Assembly (NCBI GenBank): GCA_043759965.1
Contig: JAYUPT010000005.1
Coordinates: forward strand, 1 to 52,940
Length of the DNA stretch: 52,940 nt
Source of the DNA: Aestuariivirga sp.
GTDB lineage: Bacteria; Pseudomonadota; Alphaproteobacteria; Rhizobiales; Aestuariivirgaceae
Direction: 5' to 3'
In this document: positions 20,541-31,191 of the stretch, piece after piece
How the letters are laid out: each line of letters begins with the position of its first letter
Numbering within the stretch: the first letter of the stretch is position 1
The notes under the pieces: model-generated
What the model was told of the DNA's origin: nothing
What the model saw: the letters and a program-made list of their open reading frames with translations, nothing else
Databases searched by the model: none
Program-made: the position numbers and the translations under genes

Positions 20541-23036
20541 TCAATAGAGGCCGTTATCTGTCGCCGTCAACCCTTCTTCCTGCGTGGGTTCCTCAACTGC
20601 TGGCCTTGGCGCAACCAATACAACTCCGTCTGGTGGTGTTTCCGAGTTATCGTCATTACCAATCACGTTGGTGTTGGAGGGGGGTTCATCACCCGGCTTG
20701 AACGCTTCGAGGATAACACCTTCACCTCCAAACACTGCGCGTTTTCCAGAATTCACTTGAATGGGAATGAGTTCAATGGCGCGTGGCACGCGGAACGGAA
20801 TTGCTGCCTTATCGCGAAGCGCAAGCCGCATGAAATCTGCCACAATAGGTGCGGCAAGACCACCACCTGTGCGGCCCTTGCCCATGGGCTTTGGATTATC
20901 GTAGCCCACATAAACGCCCACTGCGAGATCTGGCGTGAAGCCAATAAACCACGCATCGCGTTCTTCATTAGAGGTTCCAGTTTTGCCAGCAATTGGTTTG
21001 CCAACGATTTGCAATTTTTTGCCGGTGCCGCGCTCAACCACGCCTTCCATCATCGACGTTATTTGATAGGCGGTGTAGGGGTTCATCACCTGCTCGCGGT
21101 TATCGACAAAATCTGGCTCCGGTAAATTAGGATTATAGGTTTCCACTTTGCAAGCCGCGCAATCACGGGTGTCATGGCGGAAAATTGTGCGGCCGTAACG
21201 GTCTTGAATGCGGTCAATCAAAGTTGCGTCCACTTTCTTGCCGCCATTGGCAATGATGCTATAGGCAGTGGTCATTTTCAGCAGCGAGGTTTCGCCAGCA
21301 CCCAAAGCCATCGATAGCTTAAGCGGCATTTTTTCATAGATGCCGAGGCGCTGCGCCAAATCTGCGATTTTGGTCATGCCAAGATCATCAGCAAGGCGCA
21401 CTGTCATGGTGTTGCGAGATTGTTCAATGCCACGGCGCAAGGTTGATGGGCCAAAGAAGTTCTTTTCATAGTTCTTTGGTTTCCAAATATCGCCATTCTG
21501 CAATTTAAATTCAATTGGCGCATCAAGCAGAACTGAAGCAGGCGAATAACCATTATCAAGGGCAGCAGCATAGACCACAGGCTTGAAAGATGACCCCGGC
21601 TGACGCATTGCCTGCACTGCGCGATTAAACTGGCTGTTGCCATATGAGAACCCGCCAACCATGGCGAGCACACGGCCTGTGTGCGGGTCCATGGCAACCA
21701 AAGCACCTTCAACATCAGGAATTTGAACAAGATGGAACTGGCCCTGCTTGTTGGACGGTGCCACATAAATAATATCGCCCACAGCCAAAACATCAGAGAC
21801 ACTTTTGATCTCGCTGCCAAGCTTGGTGCCATCATCAAATTTGCGGGCCCATTGCGTTAACAGTAACGGAATAACGCCAGTTTCACGTTCATTGGCAAAT
21901 TGACCACGCGGCAAGAACGCTGGTTGCAAACCTATCAATGCCTGCTCTTCCGTTACTTGCGTTACGATGGCAACACGCCAAGGGGCCACATCTTCCGCTG
22001 GGTGAATTGTGCTCAGATGCTTTGCCCAATCACCGCCATCTAATTCAACATGTTTAAGTGGACCGCGAAACCCGCGTTTACGGTCAAAGGCGATAAGCCC
22101 GCGGGCCACAGCCTGCCTTGCAAAAATTTGCATTTTAGGATCGAGCGTGGTGCGAACCGAATAGCCACCCTTGTTCAAAGCATCTTTGCCATAAATCTGC
22201 ACAAGATCGCGGCGTACTTCTTCAGCGAATGATTCTGCGGCAAACAATTGAGCGCCAAACGGGCGTGGGCTCACTTTAAAGGGTTTGGCTTGCGCTTCCC
22301 TCAACTCTGCTTCAGTGATGTATTGGTTGTCGTACATTTGCTGCAGAACCCAATTGCGCCGCTCCAGCGCGCGTTCAGGATTTTTGAACGGGTTATAATT
22401 GTTTGGGCCTTTTGGCAGAGCTGCCAGATAAGCCATTTCTTCAACACTTAATTCGTCTAGAGATTTGCCGAAATAATTGAGCGAGGCGGCAGCAATGCCA
22501 TAAGAGTTCATACCTAAGAAAATATCATTCAAATAAAGTTCGAGAATTTGATCTTTGGAAAATGAGGCCTCGATGCGCTGAACAATAAGCGCTTCTTTAA
22601 GTTTGCGCGTGAGGGTTTGTTCATTGGATAGAAGGAAGTTTTTTGCAACCTGCTGGGTGATTGTGGAGGCCCCCACCACTTGGCCGCGATGGGTTATTTT
22701 CACTTGCACATAACGCACAAGGGCCGCACCAATGCCGCGCCAATCAAGCCCGCCGTGTTGATAAAACGTTTTATCTTCCGCCGATAAATAAGCTTGGATC
22801 AGTTTTTTTGGCACTGAATTTATGGGAACAAAAAGCCTGCGCTCTTCCGCAAACTCAGCCAGCAACGAACCATCAGCGGCGTGCATCCGCGTCATCACCG
22901 GAGGTTCCCATGATGCGAGCTGCTTATAATCAGGCAGGTCTTTCGACACGTCCCAAATAATATAAATGGCAGCGGCGGCCAAGCCCAAAAAGACCATTGT
23001 GAAAAAACCAAACAACCATCCAAAAAATTTCAGCAT
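20541..23036 (-). CDS. mrcA: Penicillin-binding protein 1A
   Basis: N-terminal TM; transglycosylase EDKTFYQH and GASTITQQVAKN; transpeptidase SSFK, SRN, KTG. Confidence 0.96.
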   Translation of the reverse strand: MLKFFGWLFGFFTMVFLGLAAAAIYIIWDVSKDLPDYKQLASWEPPVMTRMHAADGSLLAEFAEERRLFVPINSVPKKLIQAYLSAEDKTFYQHGGLDWRGIGAALVRYVQVKITHRGQVVGASTITQQVAKNFLLSNEQTLTRKLKEALIVQRIEASFSKDQILELYLNDIFLGMNSYGIAAASLNYFGKSLDELSVEEMAYLAALPKGPNNYNPFKNPERALERRNWVLQQMYDNQYITEAELREAQAKPFKVSPRPFGAQLFAAESFAEEVRRDLVQIYGKDALNKGGYSVRTTLDPKMQIFARQAVARGLIAFDRKRGFRGPLKHVELDGGDWAKHLSTIHPAEDVAPWRVAIVTQVTEEQALIGLQPAFLPRGQFANERETGVIPLLLTQWARKFDDGTKLGSEIKSVSDVLAVGDIIYVAPSNKQGQFHLVQIPDVEGALVAMDPHTGRVLAMVGGFSYGNSQFNRAVQAMRQPGSSFKPVVYAAALDNGYSPASVLLDAPIEFKLQNGDIWKPKNYEKNFFGPSTLRRGIEQSRNTMTVRLADDLGMTKIADLAQRLGIYEKMPLKLSMALGAGETSLLKMTTAYSIIANGGKKVDATLIDRIQDRYGRTIFRHDTRDCAACKVETYNPNLPEPDFVDNREQVMNPYTAYQITSMMEGVVERGTGKKLQIVGKPIAGKTGTSNEERDAWFIGFTPDLAVGVYVGYDNPKPMGKGRTGGGLAAPIVADFMRLALRDKAAIPFRVPRAIELIPIQVNSGKRAVFGGEGVILEAFKPGDEPPSNTNVIGNDDNSETPPDGVVLVAPRPAVEEPTQEEGLTATDNGLY

Positions 23037-23111
23037 GCCATTCCAGTTTCAAATTGCTGATTCAACTGTGTTGGCGATAGCATAATTTAAAACTTCGCCA
23101 TATATTTAAAG

Positions 23112-24107
23112 ATGATGGAGATTAGAGTTGGAATGTGGCAAACGCACGGCATGTTAATTCAATCCGAAATCCGCTATTTACTGTGTCGCCCCGAGGGGGG
23201 ATTAAACGATATGCTATCTGAGATTGGGAAATGCATCGCCTATGGCAATAAATTCGGGCGCTGTGTGATTGTTGAAACAAATTCGCATACACACCATCAT
23301 TTCAGAGATGTATTTGGACACTACTTCAATTCACAAAATGAAAATTTGCTACTTGATTCAAAACCAATAGCTAAAGGCTTTGATGCAATGGTGGTGCGGC
23401 CCAGTTTTTTTGCCGGTCAAGTTAATCTCTACAAAAAAGACGTTCTGGAAAAACAGCGTTACGCTGGTGCCTTGAGTTTTGATTTTTCCAAAAACTACAG
23501 TGAAGAGCTGCTTGTGCATCATGCTAGTGGCCAACAAAAACACCGCAATGCATTGGTTGCACTTTCCCAACTAACTTTGCATCAAAGCCTGCACAAAGGG
23601 CTTGCGTTAAGGCTGGCTGTGCTTGGGCAGCGCTATCACGCTTTCCATATTCGCCATACTGACTACAAAACAGATTTCAAAAACAAAGTGTTGGCATTGG
23701 CTCCGCATATTAAAGATCGAGTATTCTTGGCCACTGACAACAAATCAGTTGTTGATTATTTCGAAGGCGTGTTTGGAAAAAATCGCCTGACCACATTTAG
23801 TCAATTGCCAGATCAAATTGGCGTTCCGCTCCACTATGGCAATATTGGTGGTGAAGCTAGAAACCGGAATTTCGATGCCATTTTGGATTTAATAACCCTC
23901 TGCTTGGCTGACGATTATCACATATTTCCACGCGAACATGTTGGGCGCAGATTTTTCCCGCCCTATTCCGGCTTCTCAAGCCTTGCAGCGCGACTGCGGC
24001 TTACGCCGCAGATTATGCGTAACTTGCTGCCGCAAGAATTCCATGGACGTATTAAAGTGCCAGGTTTGTTGGATAAGGTTCGCAAAATCCGCTGGCATTA
24101 TTTTTGA
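23112..24107 (+). CDS. Putative GDP-fucose-dependent glycosyltransferase (NodZ/FUT8/O-FucT-like)
   Basis: GGLNDML, AFHIRHTDYK, VFLATDN, DAILDLITL and SGFS resemble fucosyltransferase motifs; start uncertain (23112 or 23151). Confidence 0.6.
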   Translation: MMEIRVGMWQTHGMLIQSEIRYLLCRPEGGLNDMLSEIGKCIAYGNKFGRCVIVETNSHTHHHFRDVFGHYFNSQNENLLLDSKPIAKGFDAMVVRPSFFAGQVNLYKKDVLEKQRYAGALSFDFSKNYSEELLVHHASGQQKHRNALVALSQLTLHQSLHKGLALRLAVLGQRYHAFHIRHTDYKTDFKNKVLALAPHIKDRVFLATDNKSVVDYFEGVFGKNRLTTFSQLPDQIGVPLHYGNIGGEARNRNFDAILDLITLCLADDYHIFPREHVGRRFFPPYSGFSSLAARLRLTPQIMRNLLPQEFHGRIKVPGLLDKVRKIRWHYF

Positions 24108-25333
24108 GCAATGGCCCCTGCCAATGCAAAATAGTTATCAATCGCCAAGGCCATGGCCTTGGCCACGCGAGCGTGCCAATCTGGCGATGTTAGCAATGCT
24201 TCGTCTTGTTTGCTTGAGAGATAACCAAGCTCAATCAGCACTGATGGCACATCGGGCGCTTTTAACACGGTGAAGGCTGCTGATCTGATGGGTTTGCCAG
24301 TGAAGGCGGTTACGCCCTTCAACTGTGTGACAGCTTTTTTCGAAAATGACATGGCGCGGTTGCGCGATTCACGTTGGGCCAGATTGATGAGAATATTAGC
24401 CACGTCTTTGCTTTCTGTAGCAAGATCAATGCCTGCTATAATATCCGCACGATTTTCTTTTTGGGCCAATGCTTCGGCTTCAGCGTCTGAGGCTTGATCG
24501 GACACGGTGTACATGGTGATGCCCCGCGCCTGTTGGCCATGCACCGTATCCGCATGGATTGCGATGAACAGATCAGCCTTGTTTTCGCGGGCAATATCCA
24601 CGCGCTTTTCTAACGTCACGAAGGTATCGTCAGACCTTGTCATCACAACTTTATAAAAGCCGGATTTTTCAAGTTCCTTGCGCAGGGCCTTACCATAATT
24701 CAAAACCACAGCTTTTTCTAAAGTCTTAGTTGGACTCAATGCGCCAGGGTCTATGCCGCCATGGCCTGGGTCAATCACAATCACTTTGCGCTGATCGCTG
24801 GGCGCTTCAGCAAGCTTCGGCTTAAAAGGAGGTTTTGGAATGGAGGCGGTTGCAAGATTGGGTTCCGTGCCATGATCTTTTGCATAAGTTTCACTGAAGT
24901 TTTCTGGCGAAGATGCCAACAAGTTCACGATGAGGTGAGCTGGTTTTTTGCCTTTAGCTGGTTGGGCTTGCGAACTTTCAATGAGCACTGCACCCTTGGT
25001 GTCGAGCACAATGCGGGAGCGGCCTTCATCAATTATTCCATATCGAAACGACGATATGAGGCCCTGCCCTTTTTGACCAATGCCTGGAGGCAAATCAAAA
25101 TTCAGGCCCGCAACGTCGATTATTACCCGGTAAGGATCGGGCACGACATCGACTGTGAAGCCCAAAGCTTTTGATAAATCAATCTGAAATTGCGTTTGGT
25201 GCTCGTCGCCCGTGATACGAACGGCAGTGGCGATAGCATCTTTAGCAAGTGCAGAAACCGAAAATGCACAACCTAGCACAGCGGCGCAGACAAGACTGAG
25301 CGCGATGTTTATTGGCTTTGTTATTGATTTCAT
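24098..25333 (-). CDS. amiC: N-acetylmuramoyl-L-alanine amidase with AMIN domain
   Basis: Signal peptide, AMIN-like PYRVIID, IDPGHGGIDPGA, IHAD, PSVLIELGYLS. Confidence 0.93.
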   Translation of the reverse strand: MKSITKPINIALSLVCAAVLGCAFSVSALAKDAIATAVRITGDEHQTQFQIDLSKALGFTVDVVPDPYRVIIDVAGLNFDLPPGIGQKGQGLISSFRYGIIDEGRSRIVLDTKGAVLIESSQAQPAKGKKPAHLIVNLLASSPENFSETYAKDHGTEPNLATASIPKPPFKPKLAEAPSDQRKVIVIDPGHGGIDPGALSPTKTLEKAVVLNYGKALRKELEKSGFYKVVMTRSDDTFVTLEKRVDIARENKADLFIAIHADTVHGQQARGITMYTVSDQASDAEAEALAQKENRADIIAGIDLATESKDVANILINLAQRESRNRAMSFSKKAVTQLKGVTAFTGKPIRSAAFTVLKAPDVPSVLIELGYLSSKQDEALLTSPDWHARVAKAMALAIDNYFALAGAIAQK

Positions 25334-25889
25334 TACCTAAATTGTCTCAATAAGTTTCTGCTTGGGGTTCTTTTGCGGGAACGCTAACGGCCTATGGTTA
25401 AGCCTTGGTTTCCAAATCAATTGTGGCAAGTGATAGCAAGTTTTAGCTGTTCCCTTGCAAAGGCCATAAATGATGCTTACAAAGGATATGTCTCTTCCCG
25501 CAGACTCAAGGTTAAACTTAAGGCTGCAAGAGCAACAGTTTCGCAACGGTTAGGTGTCCGAACAGTTTTGTTTCTGCCTTGCCAATGCGTTGAGGTGGAT
25601 TCCTCGTGGAATCCGAAAAGCCCTTTTTTGGCACCGCTGCCAGAAAAGGCAAAGCGTTTTAACCGCTCAGCCGTTGCTGGGCACAAGGTCAACCAGGGTA
25701 TGATACAGGCTGTTGCACATCATCTTTTTTCCCAGGGCACGAGAAGCTCTGTGGCGATGATTGCTTTTTCGCAGCTTGATATTGATTGCTCTATTATTGC
25801 CAGCAGGCCCTCCCGTTCATTTGGTTTCGTAAATTCGGATCGAAGCCAAAACTGTATGGGCCGCCCTGCGGCGCGAAGGAATTTATCAC

Positions 25890-28418
25890 ATGGGCACAAA
25901 AATGCTCATCGACGCCAGCCAACCGGAAGAAACTCGAGTTGTTGTTGCGCGCGGTAACCGCTTAGAAGAATTCGATTTTGAAAGTGCTTCAAAAACTCCC
26001 CTCAAAGGAAATATCTATCTCGCTAAGGTGACGCGCGTTGAGCCGTCATTGCAGGCGGCTTTTGTGGAATATGGCGGCAATCGCCATGGCTTTTTGGCCT
26101 TTGCGGAAATTCACCCCGATTACTATCAGATCCCCATTGCTGATCGCATGGCGCTGCTTGCTGAGCAGGAAGCTGAAGAAGCTGCTGAAAATGATGATGA
26201 TGAGGAAGATGAAGCGCCAGCTTCTGACACTCAACCATCCACTGGCGAAAATGGCGAATCTGTAGAAGATCATCATCATGATGATGAACCTCATGGCGAA
26301 GCGCCAGCAATGGCTTTGGAACAAGAGATAGAGCCTGTACTGGTTTCTGAAGTTGAAACTGAACACCACGAACATGAAGATGCACCAGCGGCCCAAGCCG
26401 AAGGTGCCGAGCTTGAAGTGGTGGAAGGTGATGCTGATAGCCAGAAAATTGAAACCTTGGGCGAAGAAGCTGATGCACTGGAAGAAGTTCCACAGCGGAA
26501 GCAACGTGCGCCACGCAAGCGCCATTATAAAATTCAAGAAGTGATCAAGCGCCGCCAAATTTTGTTGGTGCAAGTTGTTAAAGAGGAGCGTGGCAACAAG
26601 GGTGCTGCACTCACAACTTATATGTCTCTGGCTGGTCGTTATTGCGTTCTCATGCCAAACACTGCGCGTGGAGGCGGCATTTCACGCAAGATTACCGATG
26701 CTTCAGATCGCCGCCGTTTGAAAGAAGTGGCCAAGGATGTTGAAGTGCCAAAGGGCATGGGCGTTATTGTGCGTACGGCTGGTGCACAACGCACACGGCC
26801 TGAAATTAAACGCGACTTTGATTATCTGATGCGCCTATGGGAATCGGTGCGTGAGCTTACGTTGCAAAGCCAAGCGCCATGCCTTGTGTATGAAGAAGGC
26901 AACTTGATCAAGCGCTCGATCCGCGATCTTTACACAAAGGACGTGGAAGAGATTGTGGTGGAGGGCGATGCCGCTTATCGCGACGCTAAAGAATTTATGA
27001 AAATGCTCATGCCTTCGCACGCGAAGAATGTGAAGCATTATAAAGAATCGCGCCCGCTGTTCCAACGCTACCAAGTGGAAAACCATTTGGACGCACTCTA
27101 TTCACCCACGGTGACATTGCCATCTGGTGGATATATCGTGATCAACCAAACCGAAGCTTTGGTGTCGATCGACATCAACTCTGGCAAGGCCACACGCGAA
27201 CACAATATAGAAGACACAGCAGCCAAGACAAACCTCGAAGCCTGTGATGAAATTGCCCGCCAACTTCGCTTGCGCGATTTGGCTGGCCTCGTGGTGATTG
27301 ACTTCATTGATATGGAAGAAAATCGCAACAACCGTGCAGTTGAACGGCGCATGAAAGATGCGCTGAAGAATGATCGCGCCCGCATTCAAGTGGGCCGCAT
27401 TTCACATTTCGGTTTGCTCGAAATGTCGCGCCAACGATTGCGCCCCGGTTTGCTTGAAGGGTCGTTCCGTCCCTGCCCGCATTGCGAGGGCCGTGGCATT
27501 GTGCGCTCGGTTTCATCTTGTGGTTTGGGTGTTCTACGCACTATTGAAGAATACTTACAAAAAGGCAAAGCGGAAAATCTCACTGTAAAGTGTGCGCGTG
27601 ATGTGGCGTTCTATTTGCTCAATGAAAAGCGCGACAGTCTTTTGGCTTTGGAAACTCAATATGAGATTTCGATTTTCTTGGTTCCTGGCGACGACGTAAA
27701 AGGCACGCAAGCGATTATTGAGCGCGCACCTGACCGCGAAGCGATCAAGCGCCGTATTCCTTCAGCAACGCCAGTACAAATGGATTCTGCTTTCTCCAAT
27801 GAACCTGAGATTGAAGAAGAAATTATCGAAGAAGAAACTTTGGTTGAAGACGAGAGCGGTTCAGAAAACATTGTTGAAGTTTCATCAGAAGATGATTCTG
27901 AAAATGGTGAGAAGCGTGACAATGGTCGTGGCAAGCGCCGCCGCCGTGGCCGCCGTGGTGGCAAACGTGGCGAAGAAAATGGTCAATCTGCTACGTCTGA
28001 AAACTCATCGGAAGATGTGAGCGATTCAGAAGTGGTTGATGATCGCCCAGAAGCACCCGAAGAAGCGGGTGCCAATGCGGGTGAGTCGGTTGAACCCGCC
28101 GGCGAGGGTGAAGACCGTGGTGGGCGCAACCGTGAACGCGGTGGCCGTAAGCGCGGGCGCTTTGGGCGTGAGCGCGGTGGCAGAGGCGAACGTGGCGAAC
28201 GCCAAGAACGCCCCGCTCACACAAATGGTGAGGCTGCAAGTGAGGCACCAATTGAACGTGTTGCACACTTCGAACCAGCACCTGCTCCACAACCTGTTGT
28301 CATCAACATTCCAGAATTTGTGGCTGATCCTGAGCCACGCAAATGGCAACCGCCTGCCCCCACCGTTTCAGCTGAGCCAGCGGAACGCAAAGGTGGCTGG
28401 TGGAGCAAACGCAAGTGA
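25890..28418 (+). CDS. rne: Ribonuclease E
   Basis: GNIYLAKVTRVEPSLQAAF, S1 domain with acidic insert, IDINSG, DFIDM, CPHC, charge-blocked disordered tail ending GGWWSKRK. Confidence 0.97.
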   Translation: MGTKMLIDASQPEETRVVVARGNRLEEFDFESASKTPLKGNIYLAKVTRVEPSLQAAFVEYGGNRHGFLAFAEIHPDYYQIPIADRMALLAEQEAEEAAENDDDEEDEAPASDTQPSTGENGESVEDHHHDDEPHGEAPAMALEQEIEPVLVSEVETEHHEHEDAPAAQAEGAELEVVEGDADSQKIETLGEEADALEEVPQRKQRAPRKRHYKIQEVIKRRQILLVQVVKEERGNKGAALTTYMSLAGRYCVLMPNTARGGGISRKITDASDRRRLKEVAKDVEVPKGMGVIVRTAGAQRTRPEIKRDFDYLMRLWESVRELTLQSQAPCLVYEEGNLIKRSIRDLYTKDVEEIVVEGDAAYRDAKEFMKMLMPSHAKNVKHYKESRPLFQRYQVENHLDALYSPTVTLPSGGYIVINQTEALVSIDINSGKATREHNIEDTAAKTNLEACDEIARQLRLRDLAGLVVIDFIDMEENRNNRAVERRMKDALKNDRARIQVGRISHFGLLEMSRQRLRPGLLEGSFRPCPHCEGRGIVRSVSSCGLGVLRTIEEYLQKGKAENLTVKCARDVAFYLLNEKRDSLLALETQYEISIFLVPGDDVKGTQAIIERAPDREAIKRRIPSATPVQMDSAFSNEPEIEEEIIEEETLVEDESGSENIVEVSSEDDSENGEKRDNGRGKRRRRGRRGGKRGEENGQSATSENSSEDVSDSEVVDDRPEAPEEAGANAGESVEPAGEGEDRGGRNRERGGRKRGRFGRERGGRGERGERQERPAHTNGEAASEAPIERVAHFEPAPAPQPVVINIPEFVADPEPRKWQPPAPTVSAEPAERKGGWWSKRK

Positions 28419-28477
28419 GCCTTAAACGCGCCGCAATTGGAACGGATTAACGCTGCCAAATAATGTGGCGAGTTTTG

Positions 28478-29857
28478 ATGCGCTTGTTTAGAAAAATTAT
28501 AACACTCATGCTCTCTGTGTCGCTTTTGGCAACACAGGGAGCAGTTTTTGCTTCTGCAAAAGAAACCAAACGCCGTGGCCACAATCTCATCCGCGATGCT
28601 GAGATAGAAGGTTTGCTGCGGCTTTATTCACGGCCTATTTTTAAGGCTGCTGGCATCAATCCCACTTCCGTTAAAGTTTATGTCATCGCTGATCCGAGCA
28701 TCAATGCTTTTGTGGCGGGTGGTCAACGTGTGTTCATTCACACCGGGCTCATCACGCGGGCTTCTTCGCCCAATGAAGTGATCGGTGTTATTGCCCACGA
28801 AACAGGGCATATTGCTGGTGGGCATTTGGCGCGCATGAACAGTGAGATGGCGGCCGCCAGCGCGCAAAGCATCATTGGAGTGTTGGTGGGTGCTGCGGCC
28901 ATGGTGGGCGGGGTTATGTCTGGCAACTCCGAAGCAGCGCAGGCTGGACAAGGTGTTATATTGGGCTCGCAAGGATTGGCCCAGCGTGGCTTCCTGCAAT
29001 ATCAGCGCGGCATGGAGTCAACGGCGGATCAATCAGCGCTCAAATATCTTGCAGCAACCGGGCAAAGCGCGAAGGGAATGCTGACCTTGTTTAATACCTT
29101 AGCAAACGAATCATTGGTTTCATTGAGCAAAGCTGATCCTTACGTTTTTTCCCACCCCATGCCGTTTGCGCGCATTCGCGCATTGGAAGCTGCGGCAAAG
29201 GCTTCACCTAACTTTGATAAACCTGAAGATCCGGGGTTGGTGTTAAGGTTTGAGTTGGCCAAGGCAAAACTTGCTGGTTTTATGGATTCACCGCAGGCAG
29301 TTTTCCAGCGTTATCCCTCCACAGATAAATCATTACAATCGCGCTATGCCCGTTCGATCGCCATGTTTCGGCGCGGTGATATTAAAAATGCTATGCCTGT
29401 AATAGATGGTCTAACTGAAGAATTACCCCAAGACCCATATTTCTGGGAATTGAAAGCACAAGCTTATCTTGAAAATGGCAATCCAGTTGCGGCAATTCCG
29501 GCAATTAAGAAAGCCCGCAGCTTGCTTAAAGACAATGGGTTGCTGGAAGTTTTAAATGCGCAAATTTTGGTGAGCACAGAAAATCCTAAATATGCTGATG
29601 AGGCTTTGGTTCTGTTGCGCAAAGCCAAACGCAGTGAGCCAGACATGCCGGATATTCACAAATTTATGGCGCGAGCTTATGCACTCAAAAACGATGTGCC
29701 GCGCGCCGAACTGGCCACAGCCGAATATGCTGCCGCCACTGGTGATCAGGGTTTGGCCGCCACCAAAGCACTGGCAGCGCAAAAATATTTCAAGAAAGGC
29801 ACGCCAGAGTGGTTGCGGGCCAGCGACCTTCTAAACTTCGCCAAGAAAAAGAAATGA
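28478..29857 (+). CDS. M48-family metalloprotease with TPR region (BepA-like)
   Basis: Signal peptide, LIRDAEIE, INAFVAGG, HETGH zinc motif, SHP; start 28463 or 28478. Confidence 0.9.
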   Translation: MRLFRKIITLMLSVSLLATQGAVFASAKETKRRGHNLIRDAEIEGLLRLYSRPIFKAAGINPTSVKVYVIADPSINAFVAGGQRVFIHTGLITRASSPNEVIGVIAHETGHIAGGHLARMNSEMAAASAQSIIGVLVGAAAMVGGVMSGNSEAAQAGQGVILGSQGLAQRGFLQYQRGMESTADQSALKYLAATGQSAKGMLTLFNTLANESLVSLSKADPYVFSHPMPFARIRALEAAAKASPNFDKPEDPGLVLRFELAKAKLAGFMDSPQAVFQRYPSTDKSLQSRYARSIAMFRRGDIKNAMPVIDGLTEELPQDPYFWELKAQAYLENGNPVAAIPAIKKARSLLKDNGLLEVLNAQILVSTENPKYADEALVLLRKAKRSEPDMPDIHKFMARAYALKNDVPRAELATAEYAAATGDQGLAATKALAAQKYFKKGTPEWLRASDLLNFAKKKK

Positions 29858-29920
29858 TATTAATGTGATTGTGCTGCACTGAAGTTTAAGAGCATTATAT
29901 TCAAAATAACGAGGAACACC

Positions 29921-30676
29921 ATGCGCCGTATCTCTGCCTTAGCTTTTTCCGTTCTGTTTGCCATAACTATGGCTGCACCCAGTTTTGCTGAAAGTTTTTC
30001 AGCTGATCAGAAAACTGAGATGGAAAAAATAGTCCATAATTATCTCATGGAGCATCCTGAAATTTTGCGCGATATGGCCAATAAACTTGAATTTGATGAC
30101 AAGAAACGCGAAGCAGAATCGCGGGTGAGCACACTGCAAAGCAAGGCTGGCGAAATTTTCCACGATGCAACTGATGCCGTGGTTGGAAACCCCAAGGGCG
30201 ATGTGACTCTGGTTGAGTTTTTTGATTATAATTGTGGCTGGTGCAAGAAGAGCATTGTTGAATTGAAAGCACTGGTTGAAAAAGACAAAAACGTTCGCAT
30301 TGTGATGAAGGAGTTTCCGATTTTTGGTGAAGGCTCAGAATATGCTGCCCGTGCTGCATTGGCTTCGGTGAAGCAAGGGAAGTATTGGGTGTTCCATCAA
30401 GCTTTGCTCGCTTCTGAAAGCAAAGTGACCATTGAAGTGACTGATCAAATTGCTGCTGAAATTGGTCTTGATGTCGCTAAAATGAAAAAAGATATGGAAG
30501 ATCCGGCCATAACTGCAAACATTCAACGGACCCAAATTCTTGCGCAAACAATGTTAATTACTGGCACACCTGCATTTATCATCGATGATCAAGTGCTTCC
30601 TGGTTACACTCCATTAGACGGGTTGGAAGCCTCGCTTGCCACAGTGCGGGCCAATGGCGGTTGCAAGGTTTGCTGA
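29921..30676 (+). CDS. Periplasmic DsbA-family thiol-disulfide oxidoreductase (ScsC/Com1-like)
   Basis: Signal peptide, YLMEHPEIL, EFFDYNCGWC, GTPAF. Confidence 0.9.
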   Translation: MRRISALAFSVLFAITMAAPSFAESFSADQKTEMEKIVHNYLMEHPEILRDMANKLEFDDKKREAESRVSTLQSKAGEIFHDATDAVVGNPKGDVTLVEFFDYNCGWCKKSIVELKALVEKDKNVRIVMKEFPIFGEGSEYAARAALASVKQGKYWVFHQALLASESKVTIEVTDQIAAEIGLDVAKMKKDMEDPAITANIQRTQILAQTMLITGTPAFIIDDQVLPGYTPLDGLEASLATVRANGGCKVC

Positions 30677-30739
30677 AGCCCATCCACAGGATTAACTTAA
30701 TCGTTTCACAAATCTGCGTGACGTGCCTATAAACGCCAT

Positions 30740-31189
30740 ATGAAAATGATTTATATTCTCAATGGCCCAAACTTGAACTTGCTTGGCACGCGCGAGCCTG
30801 AAATATATGGCGCCGAAACTTTGGCTATGGTGGAAGAAAAATGTGCCGCCAAAGCAAAAACTTTAGGGCTGACCATTGATTTTCGCCAAACTAATATAGA
30901 AGGCGAGTTGGTCAATTGGATCCATGAGGCGCGGATTAAAGCGCAAGGCATTATTATTAACGCTGGTGCTTACACTCACACTTCTGTGGCGCTGCATGAT
31001 GCTTTGAAAGGTGTGGGCTTGCCCGCTATCGAAGTTCATCTTAGCAATGTTTACAAACGCGAAAGCTTCCGGCATCACTCTTATATATCGCCCGCAGCGC
31101 ATGGCGTTATTTGCGGGTTTGGGCCACAATCATATGAATTGGCGCTGGAGGGCATTTCCGGCGTCTTGACTGCAACACGAAAGGGATAA
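30740..31189 (+). CDS. aroQ: Type II 3-dehydroquinate dehydratase
   Basis: [33 protein letters not shown]. Confidence 0.97.
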   Translation: MKMIYILNGPNLNLLGTREPEIYGAETLAMVEEKCAAKAKTLGLTIDFRQTNIEGELVNWIHEARIKAQGIIINAGAYTHTSVALHDALKGVGLPAIEVHLSNVYKRESFRHHSYISPAAHGVICGFGPQSYELALEGISGVLTATRKG

Positions 31190-31191
31190 CA

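Noticed and set aside
25394-25957. 187-aa ORF in the amiC-rne spacer
   Set aside because: No recognisable motifs, and it overlaps the rne start out of frame; more likely leader or promoter sequence.
26160-26520. Acidic low-complexity insert and charge-blocked tail in RNase E as a novelty
   Set aside because: The S1 insert, disordered tail and terminal GWW motif are known features of alphaproteobacterial RNase E.
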